A stretch of 64,000 bases of DNA from Clostridiaceae bacterium (GTDB taxonomy: Bacteria; Bacillota; Clostridia; Saccharofermentanales; DTU023). Every line of letters starts with the position of its first letter. The first letter of the stretch is position 1. The stretch lies in NCBI GenBank assembly GCA_012518795.1, contig JAAYRL010000054.1, forward strand, positions 16,915 to 80,914, given 5' to 3'. The notes under the pieces were generated by a model. It saw only the letters and a list, made by a program, of their open reading frames with translations, did no database searches and had not been told where the DNA came from. A program made the position numbers and the translations under genes. Shown piece by piece: positions 63,275 through 64,000 of the stretch.

Positions 63275-64000
63275 GTGGACGACAAGCAAAACAACAATAT
63301 TCGGCCAAGCAATCAGCTAAGATCTGAAAACACAATCAGACCTACTAAAATTAGGATAGTCAATCCGACACCTAAAACCAGCCAAGCATTGCTTAACCAA
63401 GCCCACAGAAATTCAAAATGGCAAGAAAAATTTAATTTGTTGTTTTTTATTGTTTTAGGTTGCTTGTTTTTTTTGTTGTTAGATGTATTCAATATTTGGC
63501 AAAAAATCATTCCCGGCGTATACACTTGGAAAAGTTTCACTTTGATGCGAATTGTATTCTTGTTTTTGGTTTTTGTTTTGCCAAGTATTATTTATATCTT
63601 GATAAAACCGCAATTTGCAAGCACCTTTAATTTGACTTTGAATCCACTCACTGCAATATTAAGCATCTTGATCGGTTTTCCTTTTGCTTATATCATGGCA
63701 TTGCTAAACTTGACTTTAGCAATTTTGCTGGAACGGATAGGTATTCTGGAAAATATCATTTACTTTGGCAAACAGCTCTCACTGTTTCCTTCAAGCAACG
63801 CTATCTATTTAATTGTTTATTTGACAATTATTTGTCTAATCCCGGCAATCTTAACAGAATTTGCTTTAAGGGGCATTGTTTTGGAAGAATTGTTATTACA
63901 AAAGAAACAAAATCGCGCCATTTTATTCTGTGCTGCAATAACCGGATTATTGACATTTCAACTCCAGGAATTCATACCGTATTTTGGTTTAGGCATGCTG
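63275..64000 (+). CDS. CPBP/CAAX-protease-like membrane protein (3' truncated by window)
   Basis: Hand translation from GTG 63275 (GAGGTG RBS), open to the window end; multi-TM; IPAILTEFALRG resembles the EExxFRG motif. Confidence 0.65.
   Translation, partial: MDDKQNNNIRPSNQLRSENTIRPTKIRIVNPTPKTSQALLNQAHRNSKWQEKFNLLFFIVLGCLFFLLLDVFNIWQKIIPGVYTWKSFTLMRIVFLFLVFVLPSIIYILIKPQFASTFNLTLNPLTAILSILIGFPFAYIMALLNLTLAILLERIGILENIIYFGKQLSLFPSSNAIYLIVYLTIICLIPAILTEFALRGIVLEELLLQKKQNRAILFCAAITGLLTFQLQEFIPYFGLGML

Noticed and set aside
63313-63540. 75-aa minus-strand ORF
   Set aside because: Shadow of the longer plus-strand frame starting at GTG 63275, which has an RBS

Overview
AT-rich, mostly minus-strand chromosomal segment of an anaerobic Firmicute. 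Gene order and protein forms look Clostridia-like; this is inferred, not searched. It is mostly housekeeping: the start of the S10 ribosomal operon with a long structured leader, trpS, hslO, ftsEX-M23-S41, a frameshifted fhs, lepA/lepB, aspS/hisS/asnS, three tRNAs, arcC, radC-mreC-mreD-mrdA without mreB, holA/comEC, two tandem prs paralogues, ruvCAB-queH-rqcH and glgP. Accessory features are an intact-looking IS1634-family element with a 66-bp target duplication, many intergenic tandem repeats, and a block at about 54-60 kb. That block holds a glycosyltransferase-acyltransferase fusion, a tRNA-Cys-like scar, a TetR regulator, an internally deleted patatin and a radical SAM enzyme paired divergently with a cluster-less homologue. 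It is the best candidate for an uncharacterised system, possibly in membrane-lipid remodelling. No CRISPR array, prophage or rRNA was seen.
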